In this document: positions 40,001 to 53,857 of the stretch, one piece after another | Position numbering within the stretch: the stretch's first letter is position 1 | Layout of the letters: every line of letters begins with the position of its first letter | Origin: Lingula anatina | Lineage: Eukaryota; Animalia; Brachiopoda | Reading direction: 5' to 3' | DNA: 64,000 nt | NCBI GenBank assembly: GCA_051362555.1 | Contig: CM120641.1 | Location: forward strand, 3,906,001-3,970,000 | The notes under the pieces: model-generated | The model's database searches: none | Seen by the model: only the letters and a program-made list of their open reading frames with translations | Told to the model about the DNA's origin: nothing | Translations under genes and position numbers: made by a program

Positions 40001-40674
40001 AATGGCCTTCACCGAGTCACCCACGTATCCAGTAGCTAACAACACCCTGTACTAGTCATTGAGGCGCGACGATAAATCTTGAGTCGGTTAGTTTGTAAAA
40101 ATGATTGGGTTCACCGAAAAAGGTGAAGGAGTATTAAAAGATTTAAGGCATGTTTCTTACCATCCTGGCTGGGATGACATTTATAAAAAGAGTATCAATA
40201 AAGTCTTAATGTCTGTTCAAATATATCACATTAAATACAAATGTTGCTAATTAACATGGTCTGACACTAAATCAAAAGCTCCTTTGGACGTGAAGAATTG
40301 GTGTAAATTATAAACCTCAGATATATAAATTAAAATAGAAATTACAAATTCCATAACCGTGCATGACAAGGTTTTGGTGTTTGTTACGACGAAAAGGACA
40401 TTTGAATGTTATTGAGTTTGGATGCATTCCAACATGACGAAGTTTGAAGCGTTGCTCGGTCACCTAGCGTAGGACTTAAGCAGTGAAATGTGCATCACGC
40501 AAATACTGAAACATTGGCATTTGCCAATACGATGCCCATCACTCAAGCCGTCTATTTTTGTCTGCAGTATATAAGAGCCATTGCAATCAGCTACGGCTGT
40601 CATTTGATTTGCAGCTTACTGTCCACGAACTTCTTCTTTGTTAACAGAAGGTATCGGCTCAAGTCCTACACAAA

Positions 40675-42037
40675 ATGTCTGCGTTGCCTCTACTTTTCCT
40701 CTTGGTATTGGGATCAATCTGTTGTAGTCAACATCCCATACTGGATGTTCTTCAGAACGGCATATTTGCAGATACAATAATTTCATCCAACAGATTTTCA
40801 CAAAATCGAGTGAGCTACAGTCCGACTTTGTCAACCCTCGGTGGAAGTATGAGTACAAAAGACCGTTTACGGGAAAATAACTCGCTCAAAAAACCAACTC
40901 AAACTATACCAAAACGTTCGTTTTCCAGACCACGTAGAAAGGCAATAGGAGTCGGATTAACAGCATTCAACAGTAGTGAATTTATGGAGCTAATGAATTT
41001 ACAGCAAAACAACACAGAACCGAGTCTAATTCCAATTTCCGAAACATTTCAAGCCACGCCTAACACCAGCTCCTTGGACGATTCCTCCGAAATTAAGCCT
41101 TTTCCGTGGATTTGGAGTGGATCGCAGTTGGTATTGCCTGTGAATGAAAACTTTTGTTTTGCAAAGTACGGGTTGGTTTTACAGCAACACATAACGTGTT
41201 ACTGTGACGCATTCTGTAATCTGTTTCACGATTGCTGTCTGCCGTATCTATCTTGCAACGAAATCCCCACTGCGACGACAACCACAGCATTAAATATTAC
41301 AGCAAACCAAGTTGAATGCAGATCCCAGGGTACGAAATTGAACCAGTTTAATAGGTCAGACTTTACCCGTAGAAATCCTGGTTACCGGTTTTTCTGGATG
41401 GTCTCATCTTGTTCGAGTAGAACACACAGCTCAACTCTCCGTCAAAAATGCGAGTTTTCAGGGTTCACAACTGACCTTGACCTTCTCAGTCCAGTTTCAG
41501 ACCCAGCAACAAAACTAACTTTTAAAAACAAATTCTGTGCTAATTGTAATGATGTTTTTGACACTTCAGCATGGCAGACGATGTTCAAATGTACATTTTC
41601 AACTAGCATCTACGAGTTAAGTGTCAACGTTACGTCATTACAAGATCTTGTTGAACGCATCGATAAAAATAGCGACTGCTCGCTTTATTTTAAGCCACCG
41701 AAAGAAATTCCAGGAAGACCGTGTGCCCTTAATAGTTATGGCCACTACAATGGACTTCGTTGGTATCACACGTGTGGCCCAAAATACAGTTTCCTTCAGG
41801 AACGGTGTGCAAATGCTCCATTTTCACTTGTACAAGTTACAGCTGGCAGAGACCTAATTTATTGCAGGAACGTTTTCTGCTGGCTGTGTAGCCAACACCA
41901 GTTACCAGACAGGTTCACAGATTGTTCAGAATTGGGTAAGTCATTTTTCAATTAATTAATGATATTGGCTAGTGAAATGTATTTTAAATCGCTCGACTTT
42001 CATTCCATTGAACATTTAGAGATTTTAATATTTTTAC

Positions 42038-42068
<31 letters not shown>

Positions 42069-45000
42069 TGTTAAATTTGGATTAAACATAAACTATGTCT
42101 TTTGTTTAGTTAAGACGTAAAAAACTTCTCGCTCATTTTGAGAAACTGCCCAAAAGTCAGTCACTTATTTTGCCCACGTGTGAGTTTGCGCTTGGCTTTA
42201 AAAGTTTTAAGGGCAACTCCATGGGGTTTACATGTACCTGGCAAAATGAATTTTCCCGAGAAAATAAGCAATTTTCTTGTACTGCCGAATACCCCTCTCT
42301 TAACTTGGATTCGACCTTTTTAATTTAAAATGACTGGCCAGTACGCTTCAGAAAGAAATATCTAAGGGGGTTAAATAGTGTTAAAGATAAATGTTATAAG
42401 CTTTATAAGAAGCTGTGGATGGCAGAACTAAGAATTCGGGGGATTATCAAACCCATGGGATATACCTTTTACGTTATGTTAAGCCTAATGCTCGAGGTAA
42501 CGAAACTGAGGGTCTGTGTAAAAAAGTTCGCCCTTCATTTAATTATAATGGTTACGATCAAAATCTAGGGCGAGGCTTACCTGTATAAATGAATGGGAAG
42601 CGGCCTCTCTATGATGAGTTACTCTCTGTCACGTTACACCGGCGCAAACCCATATGTGTGTCTGTATGTGTTTGTGAGTGTTTGTCGAAGATTTATATGG
42701 AATGTGTGAAGTTTCGAAAGTGTCAATTGATACATTGTTTCAGAAAAGGTACACTATTAAATGCTTTTTCATATTGATAAACCTTCAGGTGACTCACAAG
42801 TTAACGCTAATCGCGGCTATGATCCTGTCGGGTTTGGAGCATTAATTGATATGTCGCACAAAAAGGACTGGTGTGAACCACAGACAGGCACAGTAAGTAT
42901 CTGACCATCACTATTGGTATTACACTTACCACTGTCTTTTCTTAGCATTTAATGACAATGAAAAGTTAAAATTTCGTTTGCAAAATAGCCAGATACAATT
43001 TAAACCAACAAAAAGTACACACAATTATGTGAAGAAGTAAATCTAATAACGACGAGAGGGTTTGAAAAGTTTTTATATAGAATATCCTTTTTTCATGTGC
43101 TTTATTGATTGGTAATTATTTAAAGAACTTTTCTGAATTTAACTGAACGCACTTTCGTTGAGCATCTATCACAGGTTTTAGTCTCTCAAAACCCTTAGTA
43201 CGGTGGGTTTTCCTTTTATTTACTGAGACGGAAATAAAATTATTATTATTATTATTATTATTTCTTAGATAAGGCTCTTTCTCATGTCAGTTGTTTATTT
43301 TTAGGACAATCTTTTCTCAAAAGGGCCATGTGAACCCCCGCCAAGCATATTTTCTCTTGAATAATATATGGACTCCAACATGGACATAATGAGAGTCTCT
43401 CATTATGTCCATGACTCCAATTTTACCCAAACTGTTATCATTAACTATCTATTATCCAATATTTTATTTTCTAAGATATATTTCACTCTTACTACCTCTT
43501 TTATTTACTGGTACATAAGTGATAAAATGTATATTTGAAAGGTAATATTCTGAAGCAATTAACAGAATGTTAACTCTTGCATTTCCTTTTTCATCAATTT
43601 TTTATAAAACAAATGGTGCACAGGAATGTAATTCAGAAGAAAATATTATGAAAATAATTAGAAAAGCACCCAGAGAGCGCAAACCTCCGCCAAGACAAAT
43701 CAATTCTCATTATCATTAATTAACATTAAAGATATATTACTAAAATACACATGTATAATGTATAGGAATAGGTTTGAGGCTAATTCGCATCAGATTGTCT
43801 TTGCTTATTCATACTAATGCTGTTTTAACCTACAGATGCTGCTCTTTTAACCTACAGATACTGTTTAATGAATAAAATTAGGAGAAAAATACACTGTATA
43901 TCTGCATTTCCACCTCACTGCCAAGTTATTTGATAGATGCATTATTGGCATATCGAATAATGAATACAGATCACCCTGTTATTGATTGTGCTGCAGTGGA
44001 TGGACACACTATAATGGAATATATTTTTTTCAATTACGCACGTTGCATCAGTCTCGGCTGAGAATGATATATTCTTCAGAAGCCCGATGAGTGGATGTAT
44101 TTGGCGTATGCGTGATAAGACGGATGGAGAAGATGGACGCAAAGAAGTTTTTTTACCGTAAAAAATGTATAAATGGTAGTCGAGTTCAACACCAAAAACG
44201 AATCATTTTATCCTCGTTTCATTTCTGACCTGTCCTAAACATTATATCTAAAGCCACCCATAACTTTTTGCATATTATTGTTAAAAGAGAGACAAACAAA
44301 CATTCTAACTAGGTAAAAAACAGACTAACGTCCTAATGGAACGAACGGTACCATTTGGACGGTGTTGAACTATAATTCAGCCATTCAAAATTCTTATTTC
44401 AAAAAGTGACTCAGGTTGGGATCAGGACCCCCTGACACCCCCCTAAATCCACCACTGTTGCATGTAAACATTTTTGACTGTCTTTTATTAGTGGACTAAG
44501 TAGTAGTTAAAACAAAGGTCTTTGTTGTCAAACTTTATACTAGTATTTATATTGATTATATCTTTTCAGGCACAATGCTTTGTCTCAAAGTTCATGGAAC
44601 AAGACCAGTGTTTTTCGCCTGTAGTTGGTGTCTTCAATGGTTATTACGACTTAAAGCTATTGATTGCCCCCCAAAATGAACCGAACGTTTCTAAGAATCA
44701 TACCGACTGGACTGACTGTAAATCAATTGGGTACGATATATTTTCGATTAGATTTTACTTATCCATACGGGATGAATGGGAACTTTTGAAAGGGAAGATA
44801 ACATGTACTGCCATCACAGTTGATGTGAACGACACGAGTGGCAAGACCTTCGCGCGAGCAGCATCTGTCTATAATATCCCAGTGGCTTTAAAAAGAAAAA
44901 TCAACAGGTTCATTGATGGCATTCCTTTCTTTGAACATTTGCAAGGCGCGGTTGCCGAGTACCTACAATGGAATAGTATTGTTATCCATAACGGGGTTGA

Positions 45001-45169
45001 TTACAAAGTAAGCCTCATCCGGGAAGAGCCGAAACTTTGTGAAGACGTAGAACGTGAGACAAGGGTTAATACGGTACCGACACATTCCCTTGGAACTGAC
45101 CAGCATGTCCCTCATTTTGTTGTATTACTGTGCTCCATTGGAGCTGGTATGTTTTCAATACTCAACTAG
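40675..45169 (+). CDS. Array copy 4 (chimeric, protein identical to copy 3), 654 aa
   Basis: Exons 40675-41935, 42789-42892, 44570-45169. Confidence 0.88.
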
Positions 45170-48100
45170 TTTAGAATCAAATCCTTATTCTATAATAATG
45201 CGTCAAAATGTAAATCCAAAAGTGGGACAATAAGCAGTACATTCCCAAGTGGAAGTATCCAGCAACACTCGAACGGCACATGAGTAAGTCAGACGATAAC
45301 AGACAGTTACAGACAGTAACAGTAAGAGAGAGGGAGAGAGCTCATTTCCATAGATTTTTAGATCGATCTATCCCTGTGGGGAGTCTCACTTAAGCGTCTG
45401 TCCCGCCTACTAAAAGCTGTAAGGGGGTAATTAACTATGGTGCCCGCTCGGCTGACTGCAATTTAGCGTGAACCCCCAGGGAGTTAGGTCGATCTAAAAC
45501 TTAATCTTTAGATCGATCTAAATCTCTGTGAAAGCACCCTTAGTCGTTTACACCATCAAACGTTTTTAAGGTATGGACGCTTATAGAAGTTTCTACTGAT
45601 TCCCATGATCTAGAAGATTCTATAAACATCTTCAATACAATTGGCTAAATAAATTTCACCATATCGAATTCTAGACCGTTCTTGAAAATCTCTTTGATCA
45701 TCACAACAGCCGCCCAAATGTACTTTCTGTTAACTAAAAAAAAAACATTCCCTAAAACTCATCACAAAAAAAAAAAAGAAAAAAAATGTCCCCTAAAACT
45801 CATGTCAAAAGCCAATTTTCTCAGTGAGGTATTTTTAGTTATAATTGATAGAAGTGCACTTTTAAACTCATCACAAAAAAAAGAAAAAAAATATCCCCTA
45901 AAACTCATGTCAAAAGCCAATTTTCTCAGTGAGGTATTTTTAGTTATAATTGATAGAAGTGCACTTTTAAAATGAAAATAATTCCAACTCTGGCAATTAC
46001 CAGTATGAAGCATTTAGTTTCAGTACTAGTTAAACCAGTAGTGATCAGAACTGGAGATCACATGATAGGGCCCAAACAAAAGGAAAAGAAATGGTGGATG
46101 ATCTGAAATGACATGTGATATTTGAATTTGATTTGAATAAATGAATGAAGCCACAGGAAAAGTTTCATGTTGTATGATTAGCTCCTGCGAGAAAATTTTT
46201 TATCTTAGAAATTACTAAGGATGATTATACCACTTGCAGAGAGTCATGCCTCTGATTCGACAGTTATCATGAACAGAAGTCAGTTACAACTGCGTCTCGA
46301 TAATTACACTCTTTTATATCGCATACATGGACAACTCATGTCGTAAATAGCACAAAATGGCCTCGTAAAGCTTCGCGTCGGGGCGCCGTCCTGTTCGAAT
46401 AATTTGGTACCATTTTTAGAAGTCCCATCAGGATTTAATAACTTCCTGGACATATTATAGTTTCCTTCCGACCCCAGGCATCAGTCAAACAGTCCCCGTT
46501 TGCACAAGGCGTGACGTGAATGACAAAAAGTCGCTTTAAGCACATACCTCACCACCCTACCTAGAGCATTGTATAGACAGAAGTGGACAATGCTGTAAGC
46601 TAAAAAGATCCTGTCGGATTTGCAGCATTAATTGATGTGTCGCACGAAAGGCACAGTAAGTATCTGGCAAAATTATTATTAAAACCTCATGTGCAAGACT
46701 TAATACATTTGGAGAAACATCATTTTTACGCGGTCCAAGTTGGTTCTTTACGCATGTATCGGCGACAGACCGGAATGTGTGTGTGTGGGTGGGGTGGGGG
46801 TGTGGGGAGGTCTACCCACCTGTTTGTAAATTAGCCTTTCACCTTAACAGTGATCTCCGTAAATTGGTCACACTTGGTGGTAGTTGGTGGTGTAAATTTT
46901 ACTCCTTCAACGACACATTTCGCATAACTTTTTATGCCCACACTAGCCAACAAGATGATGCTTTGCGTGATTCATCCCTAGGAAAACAGGTAAAGATACA
47001 TCACGATGTTAGAAAACACTGTGCGTGTAAAACAAGGTGGCAGCTGTTATAACGTATCTTGGGGCAAGTCCTTTCTCGTCTTTGCAGTATAATTGACATG
47101 TAATAATGAGGAGTGTCACGCAATTACAGTTGTAGTATGTCATTTTATGTCGAACTAGAAAGTAACAATTTCTTATCAATCATTTATTCATTGACTAATC
47201 ACTGATGTATTCTAATAATTAATAAATTAAGCAAATAATTAATATTTAAAAAGCTAAATCAGTCATTTATTTACTTAGCAACTAATCACTATCAAAATCA
47301 AACCCACACTGACCTATCTTCAAAATTTCATTGAAATCCATCAAAACATTTTTGCATTATGTTACTAACAGATGAAGTTTTAAACAAAAACTTATTATTT
47401 AATTGATATTCACCGAAATGGTGCCATTTACTTGACCCTCCAGACATTTCCCGAAAATTTTCAGCAAAATCAATTTACAACTTTTTGAAAAAAGTTCTTA
47501 ACAGACAAACAAATAAACGGAACCAAAAACACTACCTACTTGTCGGAGGTAATAAGGCGCGACGCAGATGAATAATACTCTCTCTTTTAAGAAAGGTTAT
47601 CAAAAGCATAATCATCTATGTTGTGTGCTTCGTTTTGTTTCAGTGGTACGCAAAGCTTCTGAACACGTGAATCCCGCAAGCACACACGCATTAATCATTT
47701 ATGGGCATTTTATAAGTTGAAATTTAGAAACAAATTTAGAAACAGGCTCGAAATACGGACACCGTTGAATACTTTTAGGTTGGATAACGCCTTAATGCAT
47801 GTACTACTTTCCAGATTAGTGGTCAAATAGTTACGTGTAAATCACTATGAGGAAATCCAACCCTGACAACAATGATCGGTTTAATTTCAATCATTTAATG
47901 TTCACTCGTTGCTTGCTCAGGTACATTCTAACGATATGTGGTGAATCACACTCTTAAGTAGCAAACCAAGACAATGGCTTCATGAACTTAACTTCTTAAT
48001 CATAAGGAATTACGTAGTGCAACAAAACGTAAAGTTACTCAAATTGCCTGTGAATTATTAAATGTCTCCAACAAGTAGTGTATCCGTGGCAAATGGCCTT

Positions 48101-48765
48101 CACCGAGTCACCCACGTATCCAGTAGCTAACAACACCCTGTACTAGTCATTGAGGCGCGACGATAAATCTTGAGTCGGTTAGTTTGTAAAAATGATTGGG
48201 TTCACCGAAAAAGGTGAAGGAGTATTAAAAGATTTAAGGCATGTTTCTTACCATCCTGGCTGGGATGACATTTATAAAAAGAGTATCAATAAAGTCTTAA
48301 TGTCTGTTCAAATATATCACATTAAATACAAATGTTGCTAATTAACATGGTCTGACACTAAATCAAAAGCTCCTTTGGACGTGAAGAATTGGTGTAAATT
48401 ATAAACCTCAGATATATAAATTAAAATAGAAATTACAAATTCCATAACCGTGCATGACAAGGTTTTGGTGTTTGTTACGACGAAAAGGACATTTGAATGT
48501 TATTGAGTTTGGATGCATTCCAACATGACGAAGTTTGAAGCGTTGCTCGGTCACCTAGCGTAGGACTTAAGCAGTGAAATGTGCATCACGCAAATACTGA
48601 AACATTGGCATTTGCCAATACGATGCCCATCACTCAAGCCGTCTATTTTTGTCTGCAGTATATAAGAGCCATTGCAATCAGCTACGGCTGTCATTTGATT
48701 TGCAGCTTACTGTCCACGAACTTCTTCTTTGTTAACAGAAGGTATCGGCTCAAGTCCTACACAAA

Positions 48766-50113
48766 ATGTCTGCGTTGCCTCTACTTTTCCTCTTGGTATT
48801 GGGATCAATCTGTTGTAGTCAACATCCCATACTGGATGTTCTTCAGAACGGCATATTTGCAGATACAATAATTTCATCCAACAGATTTTCACAAAATCGA
48901 ATGAGCTACAGTCCGACTTTGTCAACCCTCGGTGGAAGTATGAGTACAAAAGACCGTTTACGGGAAAATAACTCGCTCAAAAAACCAACTCAAACTATAC
49001 CAAAACGTTCGTTTTCCAGACCACGTAGAAAGGCAATAGGAGTCGGATTAACAGCATTCAACAGTAGTGAATTTATGGAGCTAATGAATTTACAGCAAAA
49101 CAACACAGAACCGAGTCTAATTCCAATTTCCGAAACATTTCAAGCCACGCCTAACACCAGCTCCTTGGACGATTCCTCCGAAATTAAGCCTTTTCCGTGG
49201 ATTTGGAGTGGATCGCAGTTGGTATTGCCTGTGAATGAAAACTTTTGTTTTGCAAAGTACGGGTTGGTTTTACAGCAACACATAACGTGTTACTGTGACG
49301 CATTCTGTAATCTGTTTCACGATTGCTGTCTGCCGTATCTATCTTGCAACGAAATCCCCACTGCGACGACAACCACAGCATTAAATATTACAGCAAACCA
49401 AGTTGAATGCAGATCCCAGGGTACGAAATTGAACCAGTTTAATAGGTCAGACTTTACCCGTAGAAATCCTGGTTACCGGTTTTTCTGGATGGTCTCATCT
49501 TGTTCGAGTAGAACACACAGCTCAACTCTCCGTCAAAAATGCGAGTTTTCAGGGTTCACAACTGACCTTGACCTTCTCAGTCCAGTTTCAGACCCAGCAA
49601 CAAAACTAACTTTTAAAAACAAATTCTGTGCTAATTGTAATGATGTTTTTGACACTTCAGCATGGCAGACGATGTTCAAATGTACATTTTCAACTAGCAT
49701 CTACGAGTTAAGTGTCAACGTTACGTCATTACAAGATCTTGTTGAACGCATCGATAAAAATAGCGACTGCTCGCTTTATTTTAAGCCACCGAAAGAAATT
49801 CCAGGAAGACCGTGTGCCCTTAATAGTTATGGCCACTACAATGGACTTCGTTGGTATCACACGTGTGGCCCAAAATACAGTTTCCTTCAGGAACGGTGTG
49901 CAAATGCTCCATTTTCACTTGTACAAGTTACAGCTGGCAGAGACCTAATTTATTGCAGGAACGTTTTCTGCTGGCTGTGTAGCCAACACCAGTTACCAGA
50001 CAGGTTCACAGATTGTTCAGAATTGGGTAAGTCATTTTTCAATTAATTAATGATATTGGCTAGTGAAATGTATTTTAAATCGCTCGACTTTCATTCCACT
50101 GAGCATTTAGAGG

Positions 50114-50159
<46 letters not shown>

Positions 50160-53100
50160 TGTTGTTGTTGTTAAATTTGGATAAAACATAAACATGTCTT
50201 TTGGTTAGTTGAGACGTAAAAACTTCTCGCTCATTTTGAGAAGCTGCCCAAAAGTCAGTCACTTATTTTGCCCCCGTGTGAGTTTGCGATTGGCTCTAGA
50301 AGTTTTAAGGGCAACTCCATGGGGTTTACATGTACCTGCCAAAATGAATTTTCCTGAGAAAATAAGCAGTTTCCTTGTACTCCCGAATAACCCTCTTTTA
50401 ACTTGGATTCGACCTTTTTTAATTTAAAATGACTGTAATTAAATGGAGGACGAACTTTTTTACACGGACCCTCAGTACTACTTCAGAAAGAAATATTTAA
50501 GGGGGTTAAATAGTGTTTAAGATAAATGTTAAGCGTTATAAGAAGCTGTGGATGGCAGAACTAAGAATTCGGGGGATTATCAAACCCATGAGTTATACCT
50601 TTAACGTTATGTTAAGCTTAATGCTCGGGGTAACGAAACTGAGGGTCCGTGTAAAAAAGTTCGTCCTCCATTTAATTACAATGGTTAGGATCAAAATCTA
50701 GGGCGACGCTTACCTGTATTAATGAATGGGAAGCGGCCTCTCTATGATGAGTTACTCTCTATCACGTTACACTGGCGCAAACCCATATGTGTGTCTGTAT
50801 GTGTTTGTGAGTGTGTGTGGAATGTGTGAAGTCGCGAAAGTATCAATTGATACATTGTTTCAGAAAAAGTACACTATTAAATGCTTTTTCATATTGATAA
50901 ACCTTCAGGTGACTCACAAGTTAGCGCTAATCGCGGCTATGATCCTGTCGGGTTTGGAGCATTAATTGATATGTCGCACAAAAAGGACTGGTGTGAACCA
51001 CAGACAGGCAGAGTAAGTATCTGACCATCACTATTGGTATTACACTTACCACTGTCTTTTCTTAGCATTTAATGACAATGAAAAGTTAAAATTTCGCTTG
51101 CAAAATAGCCAGATACAATTTAAACCAACAAAAAGTACACACAATTATGTGGAGAAGTAAATCTAATAACGACGAGAGGGTTTGAAAAGTTTTTATATAG
51201 AATATCCTTTTTCCATGTGTTTTATTGATTGGTAATTATTTTAAAGAACTTTTCTGAATTTAACTGAACGCACTTTCGTTGAGCATCTATCACAGGTTTT
51301 AGTCTCTCAAAACCCTTAGTACGGTGGGTTTTCCTTTTATTTACTGAGACGGAAATAACATTATTATTATTATTATTATTTTTTTTTTTTTTTAGATAAG
51401 GCTCTTTCTCATGTCAGTTGTTTATTTTTAGGACAATCTTTTCTCAAAAGGGCCATGTGAACCCCCCGCCAAGCATATTTTCTCTTGAGTAATATATGGA
51501 CTCCAACAGAGTCTCTCATTATGTCCATGACTCCAATTTTACCCAAACTGTTATCATTAACTATCTATTATCCAATATTTTATTTTCTAAGATATATTTC
51601 ACTCTTACTACCTCTTTTATTTACTGGTACATAAGTGATAAAATGTATATTTGAAAGGTAATATTCTGAAGCAATTAACAGAATGTTAACTCTTGCATTT
51701 CCTTTTTCATCAATTTTTTATAAAACAAATGGTGCACAGGAATGTAATTCAGAAGAAAATATTATGAAAATAATTAGAAAAGCACCCAGAGAGCGCAAAC
51801 CTCCGCCAAGACAAATCAATTCTCATTATCATTAATTAACATTAAAGATATATTACTAAAATACACATGTATAATGTATAGGAATAGGTTTGAGGCTAAT
51901 TCGCATCAGATTGTCTTTGATTATTGATACCAATGCTGTTTCAACCTACAGATGCTGCTCTTTTAACCTACAGATACTGTTTGATTAATAAAATTAGGAG
52001 AAAAATATACTGTATATCTGCATTTCGATGCTCAACGAAAGTAGCCTTTGTCAGCCTTTCTTGACCTGTTTCCAACGGTCCACCTCACTGCCAAGTTATT
52101 TGATAGATGCATTATTGGCATATCGAATAATGAATACAGGCTACCCTGTTATTGATTGTGCTGCAGTGGATGGACACACTATAATGGAATATATTTTTTT
52201 CAATTACGCACGTTGCATCAGTCTCGACTGAGAATGATATATTCTTCAGAAGCCCGATGAGTGGATGTATTTGGCGTATGCGTGATAAGACGGATGGAGA
52301 AGATGGACGCAAAGAAGTTTTTTTACCGTAAAAAATGTATAAATGGTAGTCGAGTTCAACACCAAAAACGAATCATTTTATCCTCGTTTCATTTCTGACC
52401 TGTCCTAAACATTATATCTAAAGCCACCCATAACTTTTTGCATATTATTGTTAAAAGACAGACAAACAAACATTCTAACTAGGTAAAAAACAGACTAATG
52501 TCCCAATGGAACGAACTGTACCATTTGGACGGTGTTGAACTATAATTCAGCCATTCAAAATTCTTATTTCAAAAAGTGACTCAGGTTGTTGCATGTAAAC
52601 ATTTTTGACTGTCTTTTATTAGTGGACTAAGTAGAAGTTAAAATAAAGGTCTTTGTTGTCAAACTTTATACTAGTATTTATATTGATTATATCTTTTCAG
52701 GCACAATGCTTTGTCTCAAAGTTCATGGAACAAGACCAGTGTTTTTCGCCTATAGTTGACGTCTTCAATGGCTATTACGACTTGAAGCTATTGTTTGTCC
52801 CCCAAAATGAACCGAACGTTTCTAAGAATCATGCCGACTGGAATGACTGTAAGTCAGTTGGCTACGATATATTTTCGTATCAATTTTACTATCACAAGGG
52901 GAATGAATGGGAATTTTTGAACCAGAAGATAACATGCACTGCCATGACAGTTGATGTGAACGACACGAGTGGCAAGACCTTCGCGAGAGCAGCATCTGTC
53001 TATAATATCCCAGTGGCTTTAAAAAGAAAAATCAACAAGTTCATTGATGGCATTCCTTTCTTTGAATATTTGCAAGACGCGGTTGCCGAGTACTTACAAG

Positions 53101-53306
53101 AGAAAAGTATTGCTAGACATAACGGGGTAGATTACAAAGTAAGCCTCATCCGGGAAGAGTGGCAAATTTGTGAAGACGTAGAACGTGAGGCAGAGGTTAA
53201 TACGGTGCCACCGCATTCCTTTGGGACTGACCATCGTGTCCCTCATTTTATTGTTTTGCTATGCTGCATTGGCGCTGGTTTGTTTTCAATACTCAACGAG
53301 TTTTGA
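48766..53306 (+). CDS. Array copy 5, 656 aa
   Basis: Exons 48766-50026, 50909-51012, 52701-53306. Exon 1 differs from copies 3/4 by one residue (V>M); exon 3 is clearly diverged. Confidence 0.88.
50434..50680. repeat. Perfect 43-bp inverted repeat (50434-50476 / 50638-50680) private to intron 1 of copy 5
   Basis: tgtaattaaatggaggacgaacttttttacacggaccctcagt is the exact reverse complement of 50638-50680; copies 2-4 have only aatgactggccagtacgc at the first site. Confidence 0.9.
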
Positions 53307-53828
53307 GTCAAGCCCTTATTCTACAATAATGCGTCAAAAATGTAAATCCAAAAGCGTTATAATTGGCAGTACAATCCCAAGCGGTCGCGGTACAGACATC
53401 AACCACACGTATCCAGGAATACTCGAACTGCATAAGTCAGAAAGTAACAGACAATAACAGTAAGTGATGAAAGAGAGAGCTCTAATATACGTTTAGTCGT
53501 TTACATCATCAGACGTTGTTAAGGTAAAGTTTCTACTGATATCCATGATTTAGAAGATTCTATAAACATCTTGAATACAATTGGCAAAATAAGTTTCATC
53601 ATACTGAATTCTAGAACGTTCTTGAAAATCTCTTTGACCATCAGAACAGTCGCCCCGAGTACTTTCCGTTATCTTAACAAAAAAAAAACATTCCGTAAAT
53701 CTCACCATAAACCACGTAAAAAGCCAATTTTCTCAGGTGAGGTATTTTAGTTATAATTGATAGAAGGACACTTAAAATTTAAATAATTCCAACTGTGGCG
53801 ATTACCAGTATGAAGCATTTAGTTTCAG

Positions 53829-53857
53829 CAAGGAGTTATAACTGTTATAACTCCTTG
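53829..53857. mobile_element. 29-bp perfect palindrome with 7-bp target duplication; putative DNA-transposon footprint
   Basis: GTTTCAG|CAAGGAGTTATAAC-T-GTTATAACTCCTTG|GTTTCAG; empty site gcatttaGTTTCAGtact in copies 1-4. Confidence 0.8.

Larger units (their letters stand above)
25794..50098 (+). repeat. Three near-identical head-to-tail units of about 8.09 kb
   Basis: ATG spacings are 8083, 8088 and 8091 bp. Units differ mainly in (ATT)n and poly-A lengths, a 7-bp indel near 26217 and a few substitutions. Confidence 0.95.
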
